DNA from: Eledone cirrhosa
Lineage: Eukaryota
Assembly (NCBI GenBank): GCA_964016885.1
Contig: OZ024740.1
Span: 433,876,001 to 433,940,000 of the forward strand
Direction of reading: 5' to 3'
DNA length: 64,000 nt
Both the position numbers and the translations under genes were made by a program. Under the pieces are notes generated by a model. It saw nothing but the letters and a program-made list of their open reading frames with translations, searched no databases and was not told the DNA's origin. Below are positions 54,461 through 64,000 of this stretch, in pieces (the stretch's first letter is position 1; the number at the start of each line of letters is the position of its first letter).

Positions 54461-55330
54461 CTAAGGACCTACCCTTATTGAGTGCTTTGCTAACTCATTC
54501 CTATTGTAGGTCAAATTTGCTTGGCCACAGCCAAAGCTTCGATTTTACTAAGCTTCCACTTGTATTATTTTCTCCTAGATTTAATAATTAACTAATTAAT
54601 TTAATTAGACAATTCTGTTGATTGGTTAATTATTTGTGTTTATTTAATAACATATGGTTGAGAGCTTTTATTCAGAATGTTTGAGCGGAAATTATAATAT
54701 TTCCCTTGTTAACACTTTGAATTTACCCGCCAAAAACCGGGGGCTGCTTCCCTTGTTGGAAATAACACGTGACAACGAAGTGTTCTAAGGCTGCCTTCTG
54801 TAGCGGTCGCATTTAGTTTGTTCACACCAGTTTGGGGCAGAACGGAATCCCTGTTGATGAAATGAATCCTCTGTTCGATCATGGAATACCACGAGCTTGC
54901 GTGTTATGTAAGTTGGATAAATGATTTCGGATTCATGGAAACACCTCAGACCTATCGTTTGATTTGTCTAGGTCTGTTTTTTAACCTGTTAGTTCTTTCG
55001 TTACTTTGGTATTGTATGGTTGGGTTTTGCCTACCGCAATGTTCAATTTGTCAAGCTATTTAAACGTATGTTATTACTCTAAGGACCTGCCCTTATTGAG
55101 TGCTTTGCTAACTCATTCATATTGTAGGTCGACTTTGCTTGGCCACAGCCAAAGCTTCGATTTTACTAAGCTTCCACTTGTATATGTTGGTATGTTTATA
55201 TACAATTTTTCTTCTAACTTTAATTTTATACCTAATTGTGTATGGTTGACGATATATTTAATCGATTTCCACGTGCTATTGAAATGCTGGGTAAATATTC
55301 TATAGCTGTTGATCACGAATAGATGGCTGT
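54461..55330 (-). mobile_element. Probable decayed Penelope-like retroelement fragment with a ~104-bp direct repeat
   Basis: Direct repeat at 54461-54564 and 55079-55182. A stop-interrupted minus-strand translation ...KIVYKHTNIYKWKLSKIEALAVAKQSRPTI* resembles the C-terminal helix of Penelope GIY-YIG endonucleases (recognised by eye). A hammerhead-like core lies between the repeats. Confidence 0.4.
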
Positions 55331-55477
55331 CGTTTATTTATCTATTATTTCTTCATAGGTGCCTTTTAATCTTATAGCCTGGTTTTTTGTGTGGTTGATT
55401 ATGTTAATTGGGAGAGGAGATGATGTATATATATCTTATCAAATGATTCTATGGACATACTTTATTGTATATATATA

Positions 55478-55478
55478 C

Positions 55479-55527
<49 letters not shown>

Positions 55528-55965
55528 TAATGATTTCTTTATTGGCCACAAGGGCTGACATCAAGAAAAACATTACAGACGGTACAGGACGGTACAGGAC
55601 CGTACGATGTGGGTTTTGTGCGTGTAAATATTTTTATTATTTATATAAGAAAAGAAAAAAAAGGACATAAAACATATATATATATAAACAATAAAAATGA
55701 AAATTGAAACAATGAAAAATTCCCCAATAGGGGGGAAACCTCCGAGGGTTACTCGTAGCAAAAACCACACAAAAGACCACGGCCAACCTGACCACCAGGG
55801 CAAGCGCCCTCTCTCAATTTTTCCATCTCTCAAACTACAGACGTATATTCAGAGTGGTCCCGTTCACTCGGACCATTCTCGCTACATTCACCCACCTTTC
55901 AACAAACTTGCTAGATGGCAGCACTTGCCTCTCCACCCTGATTTTCCTCTTCAAGTGATAGTTTC
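55478..55965 (-). mobile_element. L1/Tx1-clade LINE 3' fragment with AATAAA and a (TTA)n tail
   Basis: Minus-strand translation YHLKRKIRVERQVLPSSKFVERWVNVARMVRVNGTTLNIRL* carries the F..RW terminal motif of Tx1-like ORF2. The 3' end reads CCCTTGTGGCCAATAAAGAAAT, followed by (TTA)n at 55478-55530. Confidence 0.6.
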
Positions 55966-56032
55966 AGAAGATCCCGTTAAGGGTGAAAGCAGCGATTCTT
56001 TGCTTAAACTTTAATGTTATTTTAATAAATAA

Positions 56033-56036
<4 letters not shown>

Positions 56037-56116
<80 letters not shown>
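56037..56116. repeat. Compound microsatellite (TA)n(GA)n
   Basis: Directly visible. Confidence 0.95.
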
Positions 56117-56118
<2 letters not shown>

Positions 56119-56518
56119 GTGTATGTTAATATATTGGTAGAGTCATCATCATCATCATCATCATCGTTTAACGTCCATATTCCACGCTCGCATGGGTTTG
56201 GACGGGAGTTTTACCACTTGAGGCAAGAGTGGTTGTCTTGCTCGCGGGTTTTCTACAGCTGGATGCCCTTCCTAACACCAACCACATTTACAGTGTGGAC
56301 TGGGAGGTTTTTACCGTGTTTCCTACATGGCCACATTACAGCGTGGACTGTGTGTTTTTTGTCGTGACACCTACACGACCTCATTTGTTTCGGACTGGAT
56401 GTTGTGGTACCAACATAACTTTACATTGAAAGGGGTGGTGTGGATGGGGTGGGGGTAGTGGGATGGGGGTGTATTTTGTTAGAGGTGCCTACTGACTGTA
56501 GTAGGTTTCACTTTGTAC

Positions 56519-58858
56519 TTAGGTAAGGCGGGTCTTCTCTATTACTGAGTACCGCCAAAGGTCTCGGTCCAGTGACATTGTCTTGGAGAGGTGTAAGTGT
56601 GTGAGGTCAGAATTTATCAAGTCGTCCCAGGTTTTTCTGGGTCTGCCTACTCCGTGGCTACCGTCTATTTTTATTGCCCTGCACTTTTTTATACAGCTGT
56701 CGTCTTTCATGCGCATCACGTGACCATACCAACGTAGTCTTCTCTTGAGTAAACAACATCTGATCCCTCTTATTTCTAATTTCTCCCTTAGTTCGTTTAT
56801 GCTTTGCCATTCACGTATATTACTATTACACATCCAGCGGAGCATGCAAGCTTCGTTTCTCTCCAGTCTGCGTATATCCTCTGCACAGAATGCCCAGGTC
56901 TCACTACCATGTAACATTGCTGTTCGTATGCAGGCATCATACAGCCTGCCTTTCATTTTTAGAGAGAACCCTTTAGCGGCCAATAGTGGTATAAGCTCTC
57001 TGAACTTTTTCCATCCCGTTCTGACTCTAGCTACTGTACTTTCAGAGCACCCTCCCCCACTGCTGATTTTGTCACCCAGGTAACGGAAGCTGTCCACTAT
57101 TTCTATAGAACCATCTGTGCAATGGAATGAGCTAGTATTCTGTGGGCACTTGCTGCTACTTATTGCACCAGAGCACCGGCCACGTATAAAATCTATATTC
57201 TTAGTTAGCTTACCTGTGATCCCACTACATCTTTTATGTACCCATACTTTGCATTTAGGACATAAAATGGAGTTTCTACCTCCTCCTTTCCTACACACTG
57301 AGCATGGCCATTTCCCAGATGGGACCGGTGCCCTATTTTCCTTCCTACAAACTAGAACTTTAGTCTTAGACAAGTGAACTTTAAGGCCTTTTGATTCTAG
57401 GCCATGCTTCCATGTTTGGAATTTCTTCTCTAGTTCAGCCATTGATTCAGCTATGAGCGTTAGATCATCTGCATATAGGAGTTCCCATGGGCAGCCGGTC
57501 TTGAACTCCTCTGTTATAGCCTGAAGGGCAATAATAAATAGGAGGGGGCTAAGGACGGAGCCCTGATGAACACCAACTTTTACGCTAAACTCTTCACTAT
57601 ATTCGTTGTTAATTCTAACCTTGCTGACTGTTTCTTTATACATGGCTTGTATAGCTCTCACAAGCCATTCATCAACACCTAGTTTTCTAAGGGCCCACCA
57701 GATAATCGAGCGGGGTACTCTGTCAAAGGCTTTCTCCAAGTCAACAAAAGCTAAGTATAGGGGTTTACTTTTAGCTAGGTACTTCTCCTGTAATTGTCGT
57801 ACAATGAAAAGAGCGTCTGTTGTACTTTTGCCTGACACAAACCCGAACTGCATTTCATCTAGATCAATTCGCTCTCTGATTAGTTGCGCTATTACTTTTT
57901 CTATGACCTTCATGACCTGGTCAATTAATTTAATGCCTCTATAGTTTCCCCTATCTAGGGCATCACCTTTACCCTTGTAGCAGTTAATGATGATGCTGCT
58001 GCGCCAGTCCTTCGGAACAACCCCATTCAGTACGACTTGGTTTACTATCCGGGTGACTATAGTGTGTCCCACCGTTCCAGATGCATTCAGCATTTCGGCA
58101 ACTATTTCCGAAGGCCCGGCCGCCTTGCCCGTCTTCATGTCTTTGATCGCCTTACTTATTATACTACCTTCAACTTGCACTGCTGGTCCCTCTATTGGGT
58201 CGATGTGGGGGAGACTGTCTTTCTCCCAATTATTCTCCTCATTTAGTAGCCTTTCGTAGTGACACTTCCAAGCTACCTTCTTATCAGCGTCAGTGATGGC
58301 AAGTACACCATCATCATTTAGGACACACTTCTCCCCGACAATATCACTGTTTTCCTTGACACATTGCCTAGCAATTCTGAACACCTCACGTTTTTGGTCC
58401 TCGCGTTGTAGAACATGCTTGAACTTTCTTTCTTCTGCTTCCCTTCTTGCGAAGTACACTTGTCTCCTAGCTTCCCTCCTGGCCACTTGATAGTCTTCTC
58501 TACTTCCTCCATCCCGCCATGCTTTCCAAGCCTGCTTTTTGGCCTTGATTGACCTCTCCACCTTACTGTTCCACCACCAAATTACTCTCCTCCTGCCTAT
58601 AGGCCTGCTCCAGCCACAGGTTTCATCTGTCGCCTTCAGCAGGTTAGCTTTCAGGAATTCCCACTGTTCCTCTATATTGTACGACTCTAATTGCTCTTCC
58701 TTACTATCAAAAGCATCAAGTAATATGCTTTTAAATTTATTACTGGTTGTGGGGTCCTTTAATTTCCATATTTTTCTCCTGAGGATAGTCCTCTTCTGTT
58801 GTTGAGTACATCTCGTCCTGACTATGAAGTCACTAATTATGAGTGTTGAGAGGTGCAT
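56519..58858 (-). pseudogene. Reverse transcriptase portion of the RTE ORF (779 aa open), with a C-terminal PHD-like Cys/His finger
   Basis: ORF track. YADD is intact. It is separated from the endonuclease part by a frameshift near 58845, so its Met start is not the real start. Confidence 0.9.
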
Positions 58859-59335
58859 TCTTCATGGGGGAGGGATTTAGTGTTTACAACAGACACTCTG
58901 TCACGTCTTCTGGTAAGGATATAATCTACCTGGCTTGTGTGTTCCCCCGATCTATAGGTGATCAAGTGATTGTCTCGTTTTTCGAAGTTAGTGTTACAGA
59001 TAGTTAGGTTATTTGCGTCACAGAATTCCAGGATTCTGGAGCCTTCCTCATTTCTAGTACCAAACCCATAGCCTCCATGGATTCTGTCATAGCCGTCACA
59101 ATGTTGTCCAACGTGACCATTTAGGTCGCCTGCAATAATTATATAGTCACTGTCGGTTATTTGGGAGGTAGCGAGCATCAGTGTCTCATAGAATCTGTCT
59201 TTTATAGCGCCGGGCAGTCCGGATTGGGGCGCGTATGCAGATGTTACTGTCACAGTAGTTCTATTTAGAACAAGTCTTATTTTAATTATTCTGTCGTTCA
59301 CTCTATTTACATCTATTATCTTATCTGCCCACTTT
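58837..59335 (-). pseudogene. APE-type endonuclease portion of the RTE ORF, N-terminally truncated and frameshifted
   Basis: KWADKIIDVNRVNDRII...GDLNGHVG...SQVDYIL...ECTSQH, then out of frame with LIISDF. The upstream part of the 224-aa ORF is translated microsatellite. Confidence 0.9.
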
Positions 59336-59363
59336 CTGCTACCTTTTCTGCTACCTAGAGTGC

Positions 59364-59366
<3 letters not shown>

Positions 59367-59451
<85 letters not shown>
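59367..59451. repeat. Compound microsatellite (TA)n(GA)n
   Basis: Directly visible. Confidence 0.95.
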
Positions 59452-59453
<2 letters not shown>

Positions 59454-59481
59454 GTGTATATATGTATATATATATATTTGT

Positions 59482-59690
59482 GGAGGTGCCACGGAATAAA
59501 GCACCCAGCACTCACTGTAAATGAGGTTGGTGTTAGGAAGGACATCCAGCTGTAGAAATCAAGACAGCATCAGTTCCTGTATGAGCAAGGCATGGTCAGC
59601 CGACCAGACACTGCCCACAACAGGACAACCCGTCTAACCCATGCTAGCGTGGAAGAATGGACGTAAAACGGTGATGATGATGATGATGAT
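59482..59690 (+). mobile_element. RTE-type 3'-end fragment with a (GAT)n tail
   Basis: AAAGCACCCAGCACTCACTGTAAATGAGGTTGGTGTTAGGAAGGACATCCAGCTGTAGAAATCA nearly matches ~54232-54293. It ends GGACGTAAAACGG(TGA)n. Confidence 0.8.
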
Positions 59691-59869
59691 ATAATTGTGG
59701 ATGTGGATGTTTTTTGCAGGAAACATCAGCAGTCACTGCTCAAAGTTTACCAATAAACTTTACTTTCATTTAAACTAGTTATTTATTTTGTATACACACA
59801 TACACACACAAGTGATCATAATACACACACATACACATATATGTGTGTGTGTGTGTGTGTGATGCTAAT

Positions 59870-60140
59870 GCAGGTGTGGTTGTGACACACACACACATAT
59901 ATATATGTGTGTGAGACTATATATATATATGTATGTGATGTGTATGTAGTAGTACTACAGGTGTGGTTATGTGAGACACTATATATGTGTGTGATGTATG
60001 TAGTAGTTACTACAGGTGTGGTTATGTGAGACACTATATATGTGTGATGTGTATGTAGTAGTACTACAGGTGTGGTTATGTGAGACACTATATATGTGTG
60101 TGATGTATGTAGTAGTTACTACAGGTGTGGTTATGTGACA
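59870..60140. repeat. 54/55-bp minisatellite (~4 units) in microsatellite-rich DNA
   Basis: CTACAGGTGTGGTTATGTGA at 59955, 60010, 60064 and 60119, with a degenerate unit at ~59871. Confidence 0.9.
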
Positions 60141-60474
60141 TCCTAGTAACCTGTAGCAACGTCACTGAAGCATTACAAAGTTTTTCACAATCAACAAATA
60201 ATAGAATTGAATCATTTCTTTAAAAGATAACCCCAGACATTGAAAGTAAAGGAAGATCTGAAGTCGATCAGGAGTTTTACAATTAAATTTCACCGTAAAT
60301 CAGTTGCTAGAATCTGACAGAAGATAACAACTATAGAACACAGCAGGGCTACATTAGATATGACTAAAAGTAAGTACAACTTTTATTTAAAAGGAAATTA
60401 TTTATTTCCATTATTTCAACTATTTTGTTTTTGTCTTTTAAGTTGTTTGATATACAACTACCTTCTGTTGTCTA

Positions 60475-60988
60475 CATACAGGCGTGTTTGTGTGTATACA
60501 TACAGGTGTGTGTGTGTATATATACAGGTATGTTTGTATATATATATATATATATACACAGGTATGTTTGTGTGTATATATACAGGTATGTTTGTGTGTG
60601 TATATACAGGTATGTTTGTGTATATATACAGGTATGTGTGTGTATATATACAGGTATGTGTGTGTGTATATACAGGTAAGTTTGTGTGTGTATATACAGG
60701 TAAGTTTGTGTGTATATATACAGGTATGTTTGTGTATATATACATACATACAGGTATGTGTTTCTATGTATATATATATATACATACAGGTGTGGGTTTG
60801 TATGTATACATATACATACAGATGTGTATATACATATATATATACATATACACACACACACATATAGCGTCATAATGCCGTAATACATACAGATGTGTGC
60901 GTGTATGTTTACATACACATACAGGTGCGTATGTATATATATATATATATATATATAAACGTGTGTATATACAGGTGTGTGTATGTTT
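60475..60988. repeat. Degenerate ~20-bp minisatellite (TATACAGGTATGTTTGTGTG-like)
   Basis: Repeated ACAGGT anchor with variable (TG)/(TA) tracts. It generates the low-complexity ORFs at 60360-61101. Confidence 0.9.
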
Positions 60989-62692
60989 AGAGTAAATAAA
61001 TGGTTTTCTTTATTACGGTAACTGTACTTGGCCAAATATATTTGTTTCTGTAGAAGAACAGTTGTTTTTTTTATTGTATTTATTAAACCTAATATCAACA
61101 ACTGACACTATTAAATACACGTTTTAAAACAATTTCTGGTGTACTAAAAACAAAAAAAAGGAAACAGAACATACTCCTATATTTGTTCTAGCTGTTTGGA
61201 AACTAAATACAACATTTTTGTGTGTGTTTATCAGAACAATCGATCCAGGTTTGGTTTTCAATTGAATAATATTTCGTGATTACAACTAAGACAGTAATAA
61301 GGAAACTGAATAAAGAGAAGGAAAACGTGGAGTTAGAGAAAGCACAACCCCTTCAAATACTGATTTATATAGAAATTACTGATATTTCCCTCTCAGAATG
61401 TTCAAAGTAACCCCTACACTCCTGGGACTATTGTTTGTTTTGACTGGGCACAAGGTTAGATATTTAAGGACAGGGCACCGTCGCTCCACTGGGTTTTATA
61501 GTCTTACTTTAATTAATTGCTCCTGATATTAAAGAAAATGTGAACTATAGTTTACATTTCGAAATGGCTTTCACCCCTGTAACGGAATATTTGTGTGGTT
61601 GTAACGATAAGTGGGTGGATGTAACTGTTGGTATGGTGGTTTCGATGTAAAGCTATCCTCTGAACTTCGGTTAGAGTCTCCCAAGGGATTAGTTTGCCAA
61701 GCGTAAACAAGTCAGAAAGATGGATATATCCTCTGACCTATTTTCTGTCAGGCGTAAACACCTCTGACCTGTGTTTAGCCTCTCCCAAGGGGTTAGTCTC
61801 TTGAGCGTAAACAACTTACCACGGCTTGTCCCAGAGGCGGGAAAGCTCAGATTCGGTTTCGAATCTTCGCCGCCGTTATACCCCTTTTTTTCCATATAAG
61901 AAACGAACCCATCTCTTGGTGGTTATATTAGATTACATATAGTAAATAGACTTTGATACCTGGCTTCGGAGCCTCAGACACATGGTTCGACCGGCTAAAA
62001 ATAACAGTCGAACCTCTTCTCAAATCAATGGAGGACACATTGAATAATGTAGTCCGGGATACACTATATTACTGTATACGGACGGGATGGTCATGGTTAG
62101 AATAACTCTGATCATAGGTTGACTGGATCTGGTGCGACTTAGGGCGGAATATCAACAATTTACATTGAGAAAGGAGTAGAAAAGTGAAGAGGGCCTAGTT
62201 ATATACCTCTCCCTTTTATTTGATATATGTGTCTTTACATGGTGACAGGGTGAACCAAGATACAGTCCGGCCTGACCAACCCAACCTCTTCTCGGCTTAA
62301 GACAAACTTTAATTAAGCGATATCTTTGTATTGTAATATGTTATGTCAGGTGATGTAGAAGTCAAAGACTTTCTTTCCAACGAAAAACAGGACATAACGA
62401 TGTGTATTACACCTCAGTGCCGGCTTGACCATTCTATTTTGTCAAGATATTGGCTAAAACATTACATTCCTTTCTTGTATTGTCTCAGTAAAATACTTAT
62501 AACTTCCTGTTCAAACTTTTGAAAGAACTAGAGCAATATAAACACCCCATTTCTTTCATTTTACTAAATGTTGGGATAGCTACATACTTTTTTTTAAAAC
62601 TCTAGTTTTACTTTATTCAACAAACAGATACATAACTTTTACAGATAAAAAGAAATATAATAGTAACATTAGGAATAAAATGATAGAGAAAT

Positions 62693-62948
62693 ATGATAAT
62701 TGTTTCTACTTTTGGCACAAGCCCAGCAATTACCTAGTACATTACTGGTATTTTATATAGAAATATAATAATTGTTTCTACTTTTGGCACAAGCCCAGCA
62801 ATTACCTAGTACATTACTGGTATTTTATATAGAAATATAATAGTTGTTTCTACTTTTGGCACAAGCCCAGCAATTACCTAGTACATTACTGGTATTTTAT
62901 ATAGAAATATAATAATTGTTTCTACTTTTGGCACAAGCCCAGCAATTA
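62693..62948. repeat. 72-bp tandem repeat, ~3.5 copies, derived from a SINE 3' end
   Basis: TGTTTCTACTTTTGGCACAAGCCCAGCAATTA at 62701, 62773, 62845 and 62917. Confidence 0.95.
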
Positions 62949-63080
62949 TCACAGTGCATTACTGGTACTTTATTTTATCGACCCCGTAAGGATGAAAGGT
63001 AAAGTTAACCTCGGCGGGATTTGAACTCAGATCGTAAAAGGGCCGTAACTCTATGCTGCAAAGCATGGCGTCCGACCCTC
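62910..63080 (-). mobile_element. tRNA-derived SINE (octopus OK/OR-like, by recollection), head truncated
   Basis: The reverse complement reads GAGTTCAAATCCCGCCGAGGTTAACTTTACCTTTCATCCTTACGGGGTCGATAAAATAAAGTACCAGT...GGGCTTGTGCCAAAAGTAGAAACAATTATT (B box, central domain, tail). Confidence 0.75.
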
Positions 63081-63089
63081 CTCGGCGGG

Positions 63090-63620
63090 ATTATAATAAT
63101 ACAATGTTTACAGACGAGAGCACAAACGAATAAAATATAAAGGAAGGGGTGGACAGCCGAGTGACTACCAGAGCAAAAGACAGCAGTATCGTGAGGAGCA
63201 CTGGGAAACGTCTCTAACGATTGTTGAGACAAGTCAGTATGGTCACAGCGTTACCTCGAGTGATGTCCAGGCTGATACGTTGGAACAACTATACCCCCTC
63301 TCGAGATTCACCAGTTACCCGGTAAAGGTAATTAGACTCATACCAAGGTAGAGATGATCCTCTTCTGAGTATCGAGCAACACTTGGTATCGATACCTCCC
63401 AGATGGGTATCAATACCAGAAGCAATAGTTAAACTTGAGTGGGTGGTGGTCCACCCCTTCTCGAACCTTGACTTTAAAATGTTGACTGTTTCTTGTTTGA
63501 GGTTGTTCCAGTGGTTGATCGCACGTGCAGAGGTAGTCCTCGGGAGCTTCCGGTTGTGTCGTCGGGTAGTCCTGCTGAGTGCCTCTGCCAGATGGGAAAT
63601 CTCAGATTTTATGAGGTCCC
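63090..63620 (-). mobile_element. CR1/L2-group LINE 3' fragment
   Basis: Minus-strand translation DLIKSEISHL...TRRHNRKL...SARAINHWNNLKQETVNILKSRFEKGW matches the R.I..WN.L / FK.R..W C-terminus of CR1 ORF2. The 3' UTR ends in an (ATT)-rich tail near 63090. Confidence 0.65.
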
Positions 63621-63638
63621 TAATAATAATTATATAAA

Positions 63639-64000
63639 ACTAGCCGAATTACCCGCGCCTTGCTGTGTTTCACATATTTTTCTTTTTGTAAGAAAATGAT
63701 GATTGATTTTAAATCAGTGATGTAATTTATGGAGAAAAACTCTGCATTTCAATATTACACAATGTAAAATGTAATGCATAAACAATTGGAAAACATTATT
63801 TTTGTAATATATCAAATCAAAATTATATTATTAAATCTGATTCTTATTTTGTTTCTTGTAAATAATTTTTTTCAAAATATCAATTCAAAACTTTTGTGAA
63901 TAGGCATCATATCTTGTCATTTGCCTATGGTTTAAATTTCATATAAATCGAAGGGAAAACATTTTCAGCAGGGGTTTGTGCCTCCGGGGAACCCTAATAG
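63639..64000 (+). mobile_element. Possible Helentron/DINE-like non-autonomous element terminus
   Basis: ACTAGCCGAATTACCCGCGCCTTGC resembles ACTAG..ACCCG..GC termini of these elements. Only one end is visible. Confidence 0.25.

Larger units (their letters stand above)
56143..59356 (-). mobile_element. RTE-clade non-LTR retrotransposon, ~3.2 kb, 5'-truncated within the endonuclease domain
   Basis: APE endonuclease motifs (SAYAPQ, GDLNGHVG, GGYGFGTRNEEG, VDYIL), RT motifs (NYRGIKL, QFGF, AFVDLEKAFDRV, GVHQGSVLSPLLF, YADD), RTE C-terminal RLRWYGHV/GRPRKTW, (ATG)n tail at 56143-56165, candidate TSD TAGAGT at 56138-56143 and 59356-59361. Confidence 0.96.

Noticed and set aside
54781-54793. TGTTCTAAGGCTG resembling the satellite's 13-bp module
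   Set aside because: A short isolated match, expected by chance.
56745-58805. Plus-strand ORFs overlapping the RT
   Set aside because: They are antisense shadows of the LINE ORF.
59351-61101. ORFs rich in YI, VC, HT and RE dipeptides (also 53696-54374 and 55359-55670)
   Set aside because: They are translations of micro- and minisatellites.
61955-62160. Possible additional retroelement 3' end ending in ...GGGCGGAATATCAACAA
   Set aside because: The resemblance is only vague, with no second copy or coding motif in the window to support it.

Overview
This is repeat-rich eukaryotic DNA; the SINE/LINE repertoire and microsatellite load point to a mollusc, most likely an octopod cephalopod (inference). 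Bases 1-50736 are one uninterrupted satellite array that is open at the left edge. It has roughly 1,100 monomers (estimated from length / mean unit size) of a 39-bp core (CCTACTAATGTTACACTAAATATGTATGGTGGAGTGTAT), with or without a 13-bp module (CCTAAGGCTGTRT), giving 39-, 52- and 51-bp units. The order of these units forms nested higher-order repeats: periods of 103, 142, 208 and 234 bp, a 2355-bp duplication, a near-perfect 3 x 3705-bp block plus a 4689-bp recurrence, and an ~8-kb block recurring ~22 kb away. All ORFs in the array are repeat artefacts. The last 13.3 kb holds decayed transposons: a long, frameshifted, 5'-truncated RTE-clade LINE (APE endonuclease, RT, PHD-like finger), a short sister copy, RTE 3'-end fragments, tRNA-derived SINEs, L1/Tx1 and CR1 3' fragments, a probable Penelope relic with a degenerate hammerhead-like core, and several mini- and microsatellites. 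No host protein-coding gene, prokaryotic system or CRISPR array is supported. The most notable object is the two-state, hierarchically organised satellite itself; any function for it is speculative.
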